A stretch of DNA of 64,000 bases from Octopus sinensis. Its lineage: Eukaryota. The number at the start of each line of letters is the position of its first letter. The stretch's first letter is position 1. Made by a program: the position numbers and the translations under genes. The notes beneath the pieces were generated by a model. It made no database searches. It was not told the origin of the DNA and saw nothing but the letters and a program-made list of their open reading frames with translations. The stretch spans positions 157,170,001 through 157,234,000 of the forward strand of contig NC_042999.1 in assembly GCF_006345805.1 (NCBI RefSeq), given 5' to 3'. This document shows positions 38,702 to 51,218 of the stretch, one piece after another.

Positions 38702-38746
<45 letters not shown>

Positions 38747-38751
38747 GTATG

Positions 38752-38792
<41 letters not shown>

Positions 38793-38797
38793 TATGT

Positions 38798-38832
<35 letters not shown>

Positions 38833-38841
38833 GTATGTATG

Positions 38842-38876
<35 letters not shown>

Positions 38877-39090
38877 GTATGTATGTATGTATATATATTA
38901 TATATATATATATATATTATATTTATATATAATATGTATGTATGTATATATATATATATATATATTAATATTTATATATATGTATGTATGTATGTATATA
39001 TATATATAATATATATATTGATATATATATATGTATGTATGTATATATATATATATAATATTTATATATATATTATGTATGTATGTATGT

Positions 39091-39122
<32 letters not shown>

Positions 39123-39135
39123 ATATGTATGTATG

Positions 39136-39166
<31 letters not shown>

Positions 39167-39283
39167 TATATGTATGTATGTATGTAGATATATATATATT
39201 ATATATTATATTATTTATATCTATATATGATTGTCTGTATGTATATATCATATATATATATTATTATATATATTGTATATGTA

Positions 39284-39323
<40 letters not shown>

Positions 39324-39400
39324 ATTATATTTATATATATATATGTATGTATGTATGGTATATTATATATATTATATATATATATATAATAATTTCAACA
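37270..39400. repeat. Large degenerate (TA)n/(TATG)n microsatellite field
   Basis: Direct reading. Confidence 0.95.
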
Positions 39401-39474
39401 ATTGAGGGTAAAATTAATTAATTAATCAATTTCACCACGTATTCAGTATGCAAGGGACCATTTAAGGCGAATTC

Positions 39475-39970
39475 AAATTATTACATTATATAAAAGGGCT
39501 TAGTAAAATAAATTACTTTGCCGCATACTGAACTCATTTAAATAGCAGCTAAAAAACTTTTTAAACTATTTCTAATACTTAAAGAAAACCTCTCTCATAT
39601 GTGTTTGCTCAACTCAACTCACGCAAATATGGGGGTAGAGACATTAAAAAATCAAGTGCAAAGGTTATTTGAGACGGATGTTTCAAGATTAGTCAACATG
39701 ACATTTCTATCATCAGCTCAGAACTCCCTTGTTTGGATTTGAAAACACTGAAGTGGGAGCATACCCTTTCGGCTTCCTCTCGCTTCTGAAGATCCGCTCC
39801 CAACTAACAGTGCCAACAAACCCAAAAATGCAAGCGAAGAATTTCTGCTCTCCCCTTTCTTTAAGTATTAGAAATAGTTTTAAAAAAGTTTTTTAGCTGC
39901 TATTTCTAATGAGTTCAGTATGCGGCAAAGTAATTTATTTTACTAAGCCCTTTTATATAATGTAATAATT

Positions 39971-39971
<1 letters not shown>
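39475..39971. repeat. Inverted repeat with ~113-bp arms around a ~270-bp spacer
   Basis: 39475-39587 is the reverse complement of 39856-39971. Confidence 0.85.
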
Positions 39972-40005
<34 letters not shown>

Positions 40006-40129
40006 GTATATGTATATATATATATGTATGTCTATATGTCTCTCTCTGTCTCTCTCTGTCTCTCTTTCTCTCAAAAAAAGTAATATTTTGCTCTCGTTCC
40101 TTTATTTTGTTTCGCTACTATGCTTAAGT

Positions 40130-40465
40130 GTGAAGGTGAATGACTCAGTGGTTAGAGTGTCGAGCTTACAATCATGAGGTTGTGAGTTTGATTCCCGGAC
40201 CAGGCTGTGTGTTGTGTTCTTGAGCAAGACACTTTATTTCATGTTGCTCCAGTTAACTCAGCTGTAGAAATGAGTTGCAACATCACTGGTGCCAAACTGT
40301 ATCGGTCTTTGCCTTTCCCTTGGATAACATCAGTGGTATGAAGAGGGAAGGCTGGTATGCATGGGTGACTGCTGGCCTTCCACAAACAACCTTGCCCGGA
40401 CTTGTGCCTCGGAGGGTAACTTTCTAGGTGCAATCCCATGGTCAATCATGACCAAAGGAGGTCTC
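40130..40465 (+). mobile_element. SINE family C (gtgaaggcgcatggctcagtggttagag head)
   Basis: tRNA-like head; matches 52090-52422. Confidence 0.85.
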
Positions 40466-40769
40466 CTCATGCTTAAGTACAATTTTCATTGGAAGAGCTA
40501 AATTTGAATAAATCTAGGGCTGATCATTATTCTTTCTCACATAATGAAACTGTAATATCATTAAATGAAAAAGCCTGTCCATTAACAAGATAGCCTGAAT
40601 CTCCAAAGCAATTATTTTTTTGTTTTTGTACTATACGTTCCCCTAATCTTCCCTTTAACCAACCCTTTTTCTAACCTATTTGCTTAATTTATTTCCTAAT
40701 CTTTAAAGACTGTATTGACTTAATTTACTAACCTGACCAAAGTATAAAAAGAAAAGCTGGAATTTACAA

Positions 40770-40935
40770 AAAAAAAACAAAGCAAAAGATGAAGACGGGT
40801 TTATAAACAACAAACAGATTTATTAGTTTAACGCTTGGGAAGTGAGAAAGTTTTTTATGCTTCAAGCCTACATTCTTCAACAGAAAAGAACACAGAAATA
40901 AACTGAGAGAGAAAATAAAAAAGGTTTAGTGGCTA
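40770..40935 (-). mobile_element. Solo pLTR fragment of the same PLE family as 34090-34260
   Basis: Sequence similarity (acaacaaacag..tattagtttaac..ggaagtga..cctac..tcttc). Confidence 0.7.
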
Positions 40936-41090
40936 GTAAGCAGAGAACTTGACTAACCCTATTCTTTGGATTAATCCTTCTCAAAACAGAAACAGTAGTT
41001 GGCAAAGATTCTTCCAGTGGGTGGAAAAGCCAATAGGTAAAAACCTGAAGTCCTGGTCAAATTAGCTGAGATGGGTCAAATTAGCTGAGT

Positions 41091-41260
41091 AGGCGCAGGC
41101 ATGGCTGTGTGGTTAGGGAGCTTTCTTCCTAACTACATGGTTTCGGGTTCAGTCCCACTGCGTGGCACTTTGGGTAGGTGTCTTCCGCTATAGCCCCGAG
41201 CCGACCGGAGCTTTGTGATTGAATTCGGTAGGCAGGAGTTACTGCCATGTGTGTATGTGT
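41091..41260 (+). mobile_element. SINE family A, diverged 5' part
   Basis: Head similarity. Confidence 0.7.
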
Positions 41261-41404
41261 GCGTATAGCTGCTCAGTGCCTCTCCGAAAGAGAGAGAGGG
41301 AGGGTTGTCATGGTCCAAATCATTACCTGTTGGGAACTACCACTTCCATAGACTGATTCTCACACTTGTCTTTTGATTTAGTTTCTTCAGAAGGATGCCC
41401 CTCC

Positions 41405-41642
41405 AATCACCAACCTATTTCTTTACTACCCACAAGGGTCTAAACACAGAGGGGACAAACAAGGACAGACAAAGGGATTAAGTCGATTACATCGACCCCA
41501 GTGCGTAACTGGTACTTAATTTATCAAGCCCGAAAGGATGAAAGGCAAAGTCGACCTTGGCGGAATTTGACCGCAGAATGCAGCGGCAGACGAAATACCG
41601 CTAGGCATTTCGCCCGGCGTGCTAACGTTTCTGCCAGCTCGA
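41405..41642 (-). mobile_element. SINE family D
   Basis: Family similarity. Confidence 0.8.
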
Positions 41643-42344
41643 CACCTTATATCACCTCCTATCACCAACCACTATACAGAGTGCACTGGGTGTCTTTTCC
41701 ATGGTACCAACACTAAAGATGTTGAACTCTCTGCATTCTCTGTTCAATTTACCAACCATGTCACTGGGTGAATGCATTTTGTGATACAGCACAGAAAGAA
41801 CTGCTTCATTCACTCGCCAGTTTAAGAGAGTGTATGCTGATGTCTGACACCAGTACAGGAGAGTTAGTATCTTGCAAACAGGACAATGTTGATAATATTT
41901 AGAGCTTGGAAAGGAGAAATAAGAGAGATGAATGTCAGTAGTGAAACTGAAAGTGGTTGAGGGAAGCTAGGGAAATGTCGAGAGGACATGTAACAGTTAC
42001 TCAAGGAGAGAATTAGAGGAGAAAACAATAACATTAGATGGAACTTGATGTCTAGATGGAAGAAAGGGACAGTAGTATTATGTAATTAGCAAGGTTATTT
42101 GTAGTGAAATTGGGTACAGAATAATTGGCAATGAATGGCAGAGGTGGAGATAGGTAAGGGTGGATGATGGTATAAGGCGAAGATTAGGTGGTAGGTGGTA
42201 ACAGGAGTGGTCTTGTGGGGAGTGTAATGGCTGTTGTAGAGAAGGGTAAAAGGGTACAGAATGGAAATTCAGAGCCATGAAAATGATCCCTAGTAAAGGG
42301 ATGAAGGTGAACTGATACAGACTTATTGAACTGACAGATAGGTA

Positions 42345-42377
42345 GGTAGGTAGGTAGATAGATAGATAGATAGATAC

Positions 42378-42432
<55 letters not shown>

Positions 42433-42448
42433 CAGATAGATAGATAGT

Positions 42449-42485
<37 letters not shown>
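42345..42485. repeat. (GATA)n microsatellite; a second tract lies at 42660-42773
   Basis: Direct reading. Confidence 0.95.
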
Positions 42486-42486
<1 letters not shown>

Positions 42487-42720
42487 TGTTTCTTTATTAG
42501 CCACACAGGGCTGCACACAGACAGGACAAAATTACAAGGTAGAGCTTTTCTTTTGGGGGTAAAAGAAGGGGGTTTGGTTTTCGATCAAAAGGGATCGTAA
42601 ATGGAAAGAAAGAGGACAAAAAAAGGGGGAGATAAAATAAAATTAAAAAAAATAAAAAGATAGATAGATAGTTAGATAGATAGATAGATAGATAGATGGT
42701 TAGATAGATAGATAGATGGT

Positions 42721-42774
<54 letters not shown>

Positions 42775-42950
42775 CTGCATGTGTGTGTGTGTGTGGTCAA
42801 ATAATGAAGGGGAAAAGGGATTAAAGAATGAAGCAAATACTTTATATACACTCTATAGAGATGAAACTCAACTGACTAAATTGTCCAGTGAATGCCACAG
42901 TCGTCCATGTAGGTTGTAAATTCATTTTCTGTCACCTGTCCAATATGTAA

Positions 42951-43335
42951 GTGGAGGCGCAATGGCCCAGTGGTTAGGGCAGCGGACTCGCGGTCATAGG
43001 ATCGCGGTTTCGATTCCCAGACCGGGCGTTGTGAGTGTTTATTGAGCGAAAACACCTAAAGTTCCATGAGGCTCCGGCAGGGGATGGTGGTGATCCCTGC
43101 TGTACTCTTTCACCACAACTTTCTCTCACTCTTACTTCCTGTTTCTGTTGTACCTGTATTTCAAGGGGCTGGCCTTGTAACTCTCTGTGTCATGCTGAAT
43201 ATCCCCGAGAACTACATTAAGGGTGCACGTGTCTGTGGAGTGCTCAGCCACTTACACGTTAATTTCACGAGCAGGCTGTTCCGTTGATTCGGATCAACCG
43301 GAACCCTCATCGTCGTTGCCGATGGAGTGCTTCCA
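42951..43335 (+). mobile_element. SINE family B
   Basis: Full-length copy. Confidence 0.9.
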
Positions 43336-43533
43336 TCCATCCAATATGTAAGTCTGAAGTTTAACTACTGAATTAATTCAATATAAACCTAGTATATAGG
43401 CACAGAGTATAATGAAAAAAAAAGACACAAGAGAATGGAGATTTATTCATGATTTAATCAGCAACATGCATACGTTTCAAATAGAATGGCACAGCTCAAA
43501 ATGCTGCGATACTTCAATTATATATATATATAT

Positions 43534-43944
43534 AGGCGCAGGAGTGGCTGTGTGGTAAGTAGCTTGCTAACCAACCACATGGGTCTGGGTTCAGTCCCAC
43601 TGCGTGGCATCTTGGGCAAGTGTCTTCTGCTATAGCCCCGGGCCGACCAATGCCTTGTGAGTGGATTTGGTAGACGGAAACTGAAAGAAGCCTGTCGTAT
43701 ATATGTATATATATATATATGTGTGTGTGTGTGTTTGTGTGTCTGTGTTTGTCCCCCTAGCATTGCTTGACAACCGATGCTGGTGTGTGTTTACGTCCCC
43801 GTCACTTAGCGGTTCGGCAAAAGAGACCGATAGAATATGTACTGGGCTTACAAAGAATAAGTCCCAGGGTCGATTTGCTCGACTAAAGGCGGTGCTCCAG
43901 CATGGCTGCAGTCAAATGACTGAAACAAGTAAAAGAGTAAAAGA
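43534..43944 (+). mobile_element. SINE family A
   Basis: Full-length copy. Confidence 0.9.
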
Positions 43945-44719
43945 ATATATATATTCAGTCAATCCTATATTTGATCGATTAAAATGCTACAGGGAAAGAG
44001 GAATTCAACACCATCCGTCTCTTATCAAAGCTCTATCATCACTGTTTATATTGCTAAACATTTTAAGAGTTCAGCAATATTTAACTCACCAGTTCATGCT
44101 CAAAATGGTAGGGTAAGTTGAAATAAACCTATTTAGTAGATATATTATTCAGATCATGATAAAATTGTAATTTGATTCATAATATCTCTCAACAACTAGA
44201 ATGATTAGAAGACAGGATGAGTTAAGGAGAATTCTAAAGGAAAAATTTTGAAAGATGGTATTCACTAAGGAGAATATTGAGAATATTCCATTACACATTA
44301 GAAGACTGTAAGTTAGGAATAATTATGTTCCAAACTTGGATAAGAAAGCTAGGATAAAGCAATTTTAAAAGTATAAAGTATATACATAAAATAAAATTCA
44401 AATTGAAAGAGGCTTAATTAAATCAGAGATTAAGGACTCAAATTAATACTTGTCACTTATTAGACATAAGTATGCTAATCATAAGAAGCATGCATTATAA
44501 AAATTACAAAATTGAGATTAAAAAATTTAATATATATCTATATATATATACACACACACTATATAAAAATATAACTTAAATTAAACTTTAATTTTAAAAT
44601 TATAGTTTAATTCTAGTTATAAATATAGATATTTTTAAAATATCATTCAAATAATTGAAAATGATATAGTTGTATATACTAAATCATACTAGCTTTGCTA
44701 AATACACTGGACCATATAT

Positions 44720-44975
44720 ATCTATATCCCAAAAATAGGATGAAGACCAGCCTGGCAAAATATGTCTGGGAATTAAAAGAAAAGAAGCCCAACCTTTCAA
44801 TGTAACATGGAGTATTTTGGATAGAGCTGTACCGTACAGGCATGGTGCACATAAAGGACCCATCAAATGTGATTTATGCCTGCTGGAAAAATATTTCATT
44901 TTATTCCAGGATAATAACTCTTTAAATGAAAGATGCGAACTCTTAAATTCATGCAGACACACAGCTAAATTTTAA
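44720..44975 (+). mobile_element. Penelope-like C-terminal fragment
   Basis: TSLAKYVWELKEK...WSILDRAVPY...CDLCLLEK...LNERCELLNSCRH motif (frameshifted). Confidence 0.8.
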
Positions 44976-46162
44976 ATGTTGGCTAGCAATATACCATATG
45001 GATAGTGTATATTTTTGATTCTTGGACTAGATTTTAATCACACTGTTGGATTTGTTTCTTATTATGCATGATTTATTTTGAATCGCAAAGTTATTGTATA
45101 TATTTCAACATATTTCTTAAGGAAAACCTTCGACTGTTATATACAAATATTATTTTCTTGTTTAAGATTCTGCTTTTATTTTATTTCATTTTACTGTATT
45201 TTATAAACCTATTTTAATCGTTTAATTTATAGATAACTCGATACAGGGTGTTCTATTTTGCATGTTTTTTTATCTGAATTTTATTATTATGCACTCAGCA
45301 ATTTTTTAAAATAATGTTGTTTGTATATACATCAGGACCTAGACATGTTTTTATGTGGATGTTTGTATTGTTGGCATGCATATGTATTCGTATGTATGCG
45401 CCTATGTATATGTGTAAGTAAGCGTGTATGTTTATACTTGGGAACATACATACATGGATGTATATGTATTCAGGTATTCACTTGGATTTGTGTGGATGTG
45501 TATTTACGTACTTATTTCCATATATTTATATGTGTGTTCTTATATGTGTATTTATTGCTAATATACACTTTTATATGCACATATATACGTAATTTTATTT
45601 TGTATACGTTCGTTATACATATTCAGCCTCCCTTCTTTCTTCCTTTCTTTCTTTTCCTTCCTTACGGAAAAGTATTTTTTCTCCCCCTATTCGTTACTTG
45701 TATAGAGTCCTTTAACTTTGCGTGTCCCTCTCCTTCTCTTACTCATTTCTTTCGCTACTGTTACATATAAGATCCTTCCCTTTTCTTTTTCTTACCCCCC
45801 TCTCTGCGTTTTACTTCTCGTCTATATCTATACACCAACTGATTTTTGCATGCGGGCAAGATTGCATACTTATATGTATTTATGTGTATATTTACGTCTT
45901 ACATATATATGTCTGCATATGCATGTAGTCTGTATATATCTGTCTATGTATTTTGATGTATATATGTATATTGATGGTTTAGTATGTGTATATACAGTTA
46001 TAAAATATTTTAATTTTTAATGTATTAATTGTATTAATCGAATTATATTTCATATATAATTATTGGCAATATGTATTTTGAATCCACTCTTTAATTTAAG
46101 GTTTTTCCTCGATTTTTATAATAGGATGAATTTATATTGAATATATATATATATATATATAT

Positions 46163-47607
46163 GGCATAACTACCCCACTGACTTTGTTGCCTCATAACTT
46201 CCAAAAAAAATGGATACTTTTAAACGAAACTTTCAACAAATAATCGCTTAGGTCCTGTAGATTGAGTGTATGTAAGGATTTGTTGGAAAAAATTTTCCGA
46301 GAGGTTGGTGAGAGGAGCTTTGGAAAATTCCCACAACCCAACATTTTCTCCCCTCATGACTTTCAGGAAAACAGGGTTTTTTTTTTAATGAAATATTTTT
46401 CAAACAGTATAGATTACGATTACAAAGAAATCTGTAGGCAAAATTTTTTGGAAGTGGGTGGAGGAAAAAGTGTGTGATTTAAGGGAGATTTGGCTGTCGT
46501 TTTTTTCTCTCTCAAATATGTATTGATGTTTTTCAATATTTTCCATCATAAACACATTTAAGCTATAGAAAAAAGGAAAATTTTTAAATTTAGGATTTTT
46601 TTTTAGCACCACTTCCTGCTCCCAATTGTTTCTCTTTATATAATTCTAAAATATTGGAGAGCCTGAGGAGATAATTACAGGGATTTATCTGGAGTAATTT
46701 TAATAAGAGGTATGTAAAAGATGATTTAGCATAATTTTCTGTTAGAAAATGTTCTTTTCCTTATACACACAAATACATGGTCACACACAGTTGGGGTGTG
46801 AGTAAAAATTTAAATTACCAATTTTCTTTCTTTGCTTATATCCCAGCAATAGACTATGCGTGTGTTACTTTGACATTATCATTCCACAATATGTGTTTAT
46901 GGGGAGAAAAATATTGAAAAATATCAATAGATGTGAGAGTGAGAAAGATACGAGGAGGGAGGTCTTGGGATGTGCTAGAAACAACTGCCAGATCTTCCTT
47001 AATCACACATTTTCCTCTGAAATTATTAACAATTTTTTGCTTTAAATCGAAAATGTTTCTCTCACGGGTTTTAAGTGCGTAGTGATAAAAAAATTTGGCC
47101 AATATTGGTTGGGACTGGGGTTAATGAGGGAGTGAAGAAAAAAATCATAAATTTTCAAAATTTTTTCTTTTTTTTCATGAAAAGATGTCTCCCATCATTC
47201 CAAAAACTTTACTGAATAAAAATTGGAAAAAAATCCCCATCAAAATGGAGAAATTTTGACTTATGTGGGCCGTCTGATCTGAAACTCTTTCCCCTAACCC
47301 CTTCCAAAATATTTTGCCTCCAAATTTCTTTGCAATCATAATCTACACCGTTTGAAAGATGTTTGTATAAAATTTCATTTAAAAAATCCCCTTTTCTAAA
47401 AGTTATGAAGGGAAAAATGTTGGGTCCTGTAAATTTTCCGAAACTCCTCTCCCCAACCCATCAGAAAATTTTTTCTAACAAACCTTTACATACACTCATT
47501 CTACTGGATCTAAGCAATTATTTGTTGAAAGTTTCATTAAAAAGCCTCCGTTTTTTTGGAAGTTATGAGGCAACAAATTCCGTGGGGTATATATCTATAG
47601 TTATGCC
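46163..47607. mobile_element. Foldback-like non-autonomous DNA element with ~310-bp imperfect TIRs
   Basis: ggcataacta... at 46163 is the reverse complement of ...tagttatgcc at 47607; arms 46163-46475 and 47285-47607. Confidence 0.7.
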
Positions 47608-47693
47608 TTTACACAAACACACACACACAGTAAATAGCTTCGTTGGAGATATTTTTCCTCCATGAGTTGAGTTTACAAAAATAAAAAGAAGGA

Positions 47694-48063
47694 AAAAGCA
47701 CAATGTATATATTTTTTATGAGATAAAATATGTATGTAGTCAGCCGGTTTCACTTTTGCTAATAATCTTTTATCTTTTACTTGTTTCAGTCATTTGACTG
47801 CAGCCATTCTGGGACACCGCCTTGTGAAAATATTACAATTTTATGGTATCATAAGAAGTTTTCAGTCAATTTTAAAAACAGGAAAGTTGTTTTGTAAAGT
47901 TGTTTTATGAAACAACTTTTCTGCTACTAACATGGACTGAAAACTTCTTATGGTACCATAAAATTGTAATATTTTCACTAATTTCTTTGTCATGATTAGC
48001 AAAAACAAAGCCGGTTGACTATATATTTTATCTCATAAAGAATATATATATTCTGTGCATTTT
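47694..48063. repeat. Imperfect palindrome with a SINE A tail inserted in the left arm
   Basis: Nested arms 47694-47762/47995-48063 and 47824-47872/47935-47979. Confidence 0.8.
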
Positions 48064-48480
48064 CCTTCTTCATATATATCTATATATATCTATATATATA
48101 TATACACACACACATACAGTTTTAAATATATAAATGTATATTTTTGAGCATTATGTGTGTTTGTGTGTGTGTGTGTGTGAGTGTGTGTGTTATGTCTGAG
48201 TAAACTAGTGAGAGAAAGAGTATTATATTTCAAAGATGTATTTATTTATTCATTCAAAACAGATGATTTATGCCCTTGGTATCTATGCCATATATCTCAA
48301 GTGCCATGTATCCAGTTACCATAAGATTATCCTCAGCTTTGATTTTAGGAAATGAATTGTTAAATATCTCAGTGTATTTATTTTTATATTTATATATATG
48401 CACAACTATATAAGTTCGTGTGCTACTTTGATGTATTGAGTCATATGTGTGCCTGTGCAAAGGCACGGAGCAATTTGGTT

Positions 48481-48759
48481 TCAGTTGTTTATATAAATAT
48501 CGTCCGCTTGAACATTTCCATAGACGTCATCACTTTCTATTCCATAGTTTTCATAGACATCTCCGGTACCATTGTTTACATTTGAATCCATAGCCAGATA
48601 TTCATCATCAGCTGTTATTTCATTTTGTTTCCTTACATTTGGTGGCGTCGGTGGTGCATGTTGCCTCACACTTGGTGACGGCGGTGGTTTATGCTGCCTC
48701 ACATTTGGTGGTGTCGGTGGTGCATGCTGCCTCACAGTTTGCGGTTTTGGTGGTTCAGG
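48481..48759 (-). CDS. Gene B terminal exon: Pro-rich 11-aa repeats plus Tyr motifs (EYLAM, VYEN, VYGN, IYIN*)
   Basis: ttaatattccag acceptor; 279 nt (93 codons) ending in TGA; protein-like low complexity that does not come from a microsatellite. Confidence 0.75.
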   Translation of the reverse strand, partial: PEPPKPQTVRQHAPPTPPNVRQHKPPPSPSVRQHAPPTPPNVRKQNEITADDEYLAMDSNVNNGTGDVYENYGIESDDVYGNVQADDIYINN

Positions 48760-49069
48760 CTGGAATATTAACCAAAATATCAACATTTAGTAACAGTAAT
48801 TCTGAAACGTTTTTTATATTTATTCTTTCATAATAATGATTTTTGTGACAATAATAACAATGAGATGAAGCTGTGGGCTGATAGAGAAGAATGATTCTGT
48901 AGAAAATGCAGCTAATCAAGACTTCTTACAAAGAATCTATCCTGTAATGGAGAAAGCTGCTTAGTAATTTGGTGGAATTTTACTGAAGAAAACAAGGATT
49001 AAAGTCTCCATTGCCACGAAAACTCTTTAAAATGTTGAGTCAAGTACATGAACATGAACATGGAAATAA

Positions 49070-49527
49070 ATATCAATGGAAATAGTAGTTGTGATACCTG
49101 TGCCGATGGCACATAAAAAGCACCATCCGTACGTGGCCGTTGCCAGCGCCGCCTCGACTGGCTTCTGTGCCTGTGGCACATAAAAAGCACCATCCGAACG
49201 TGGCCGATACCAGCGCCACCCCAACTGGCTTCTGTGCCGGTGGCACATAAAAAGCACCATCCGAACATGGCCGTTGCCAGTGCCATGTTAAAAGCTCCAA
49301 CCGATCATGGCCGATGCCGGACCCCCCTGGCACCTGTGCAGGTGGCACGTAAAAAGCACCCACTACACTCGCGGAGTGGTTGGCGTTAGGAAGGGCATCC
49401 AGCTGTAGAAACTCTGCCAGATCAAACTGGAGACTGGTGCAGCCCCTGGCTTCCCAGACCCCGGTCGAACCATCCAACCTGTGCTAGCGCGGAAAACGGA
49501 CGTTAAACGATGATAATGATGATGATG
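49070..49527 (+). mobile_element. Family E retroposon with ~5 internal ~55-bp repeats
   Basis: Repeated gtggcacRtaaaaagcaccatccg units. Confidence 0.85.
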
Positions 49528-49716
49528 AATGCAGTCTCTAAGATTCTTTTCAACTAAACAACTACTTTTAATTCAATGCAAAACGTTTTTTTTTTTATCT
49601 AACACTGTGAGATAACCTTTTTAACACTTTACTGCCCTCTCTTTCTCTTTCTCCCCCTCTCTCTCTCGCTCTCTTCCTCCTCTCTCTCGCTCTTTCTCCA
49701 GCTTTTCCTTATTTAT

Positions 49717-49821
49717 GTGGAAGCACTCCGTCGGTAACGACGATGAGGGTTCCGGTTGATCCGAATCAACAGAACAGCCTGCTCGTGAAATTAACGTGTA
49801 AGTGGCTGAGCACTCCACAGA
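49717..49821 (-). mobile_element. SINE family B 3' fragment
   Basis: Tail similarity. Confidence 0.8.
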
Positions 49822-50059
49822 TGAACTCACCCATAGACCACTAACATAATGAGGCAAATACACTAAAATGATAGATTATCTGACACTATGTTTCTGCAAG
49901 AAGCTGCAACCCACTTGGTTTCCTAACACAACTTACTCAATCACCTACAAAACATCTAGTGACATCTAAAATATAACGGAACACTACTACACTATATACT
50001 GTCCTAAAAATGCTATACTTTCCATACAGTCCAGACAAATACAAAAAGACATGATGATG

Positions 50060-50465
50060 ATCATCATCATCGTTTAACGTCCGTTCTCCATGCTAGCATG
50101 AGTTGGACAGTTCGACCGGGGATCTGGGAAGCCAGAAGGTTGCACCAGGCTCCAGTCTGATCTGGCAGTGTTTCTACAGCTGGATGCCCTTCCTAACACC
50201 AACCACTCCGTTAGTGTAGTGGGTGCTTTTTACATGCCACCGGCACAGGTGCCAGGCGAGGTTGGCAATGGCCACGATCGAATTGGTGCTTTTTACGTGC
50301 CACCGGCACAGGCGCCAGGCGAAGCTGGCAATGGCCACGATCGGATTGGTGCTTTTTACGTGCCACTGGCACAGAAGCCAGTCAAGGTGGCGCTGGCATC
50401 GGCCACGTTCGGATGGTGCTTTTTACGTGCCACCGGCATAGGGATCACAACTACAGTTTCCATAT
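50060..50465 (-). mobile_element. Family E retroposon with ~4 internal repeats
   Basis: Same motifs. Confidence 0.85.
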
Positions 50466-50609
50466 ACACAAAAACAGAAGCAGTATCAGTAGTTTCATTA
50501 GTTCTAAATATTATATTGGGAAGCAGACCTCTAGAAATTGTCAGTCATTGAATTGATTTACTTCTCCTGATTCTATTGGTGGCCACCAGTATTTTATAGA
50601 TATGCAGGA

Positions 50610-50915
50610 ACAGGTTGCAGGTTTACATGCACACTATACAATGTGTTCATCATCATCATTGTCGTTTAACGTCCGTTCTCCATGCTAGCATGGGTTGGAC
50701 GGTTCGACCGGGGTTCTGGGAAGCCAGAAGGCTGCACCAGGCTCCAGTCTAATCTGTAGAAACATTGCCAGATTAGACTGGAGCCTGGTGCAGCCTTCTG
50801 GCTTCCCAGAACCCCGGTCGAACCGTCCAACCCATGCTAGCATGGAGAACGGACGTTAAACGACGATGATGATGATGAACACATTGTATAGTGTGCATGT
50901 AAACCTGCAACCTGT
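50610..50915. repeat. Near-perfect palindrome (147-bp arms, 12-nt spacer) of a family E tail plus unique flank
   Basis: 50610-50756 is the reverse complement of 50769-50915. Confidence 0.9.
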
Positions 50916-51122
50916 CATACTTCTCTGGATACAATGAAAACCATTTTATGTTAATGTGCTCAGCAGTATAGTCCTCGACTAAGCAGAAGACAAGTGTAAC
51001 TAGAACATTGGGGTTATGTATCGCACATAGGCATACCATAGATCCGGATCTACATATCTAGAACAGCAAACACAACAAAAACAGTATCTAAAGTAACAAC
51101 AAAAATAAGAAAACATTGAAAT

Positions 51123-51218
51123 ATCATCATCATCATCATCATCGTTTAACGTCCGTTTTCCAGGCTAACATGGGTTGGACGGTTCGACCGGGATCTGGGA
51201 AGCCAGAAGGCTACACCA
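51123..51218 (-). mobile_element. Family E 3' fragment
   Basis: Tail similarity. Confidence 0.8.

Noticed and set aside
37175-39421. Many long ORFs (YIYI/MYVC) in the ORF track, and similarly at 56426-57527
   Set aside because: Stop-free translations of (TA)n/(TATG)n/(TACA)n microsatellites.
42951-43030. tRNA genes at the heads of SINE families A-D
   Set aside because: tRNA-like promoters fused to SINE bodies and tails; no complete cloverleaf in a unique context.
49105-49350. HDV-like ribozyme in family E repeat units (ggcaca/tgtgcc, cctcg)
   Set aside because: The P3/L3 and P1.1 geometry does not fit; only simple hairpins.
49105-50440. CRISPR-like repeat arrays
   Set aside because: Eukaryotic context; the units are tandem and degenerate without unique spacers, and belong to a retroposon 3' UTR.
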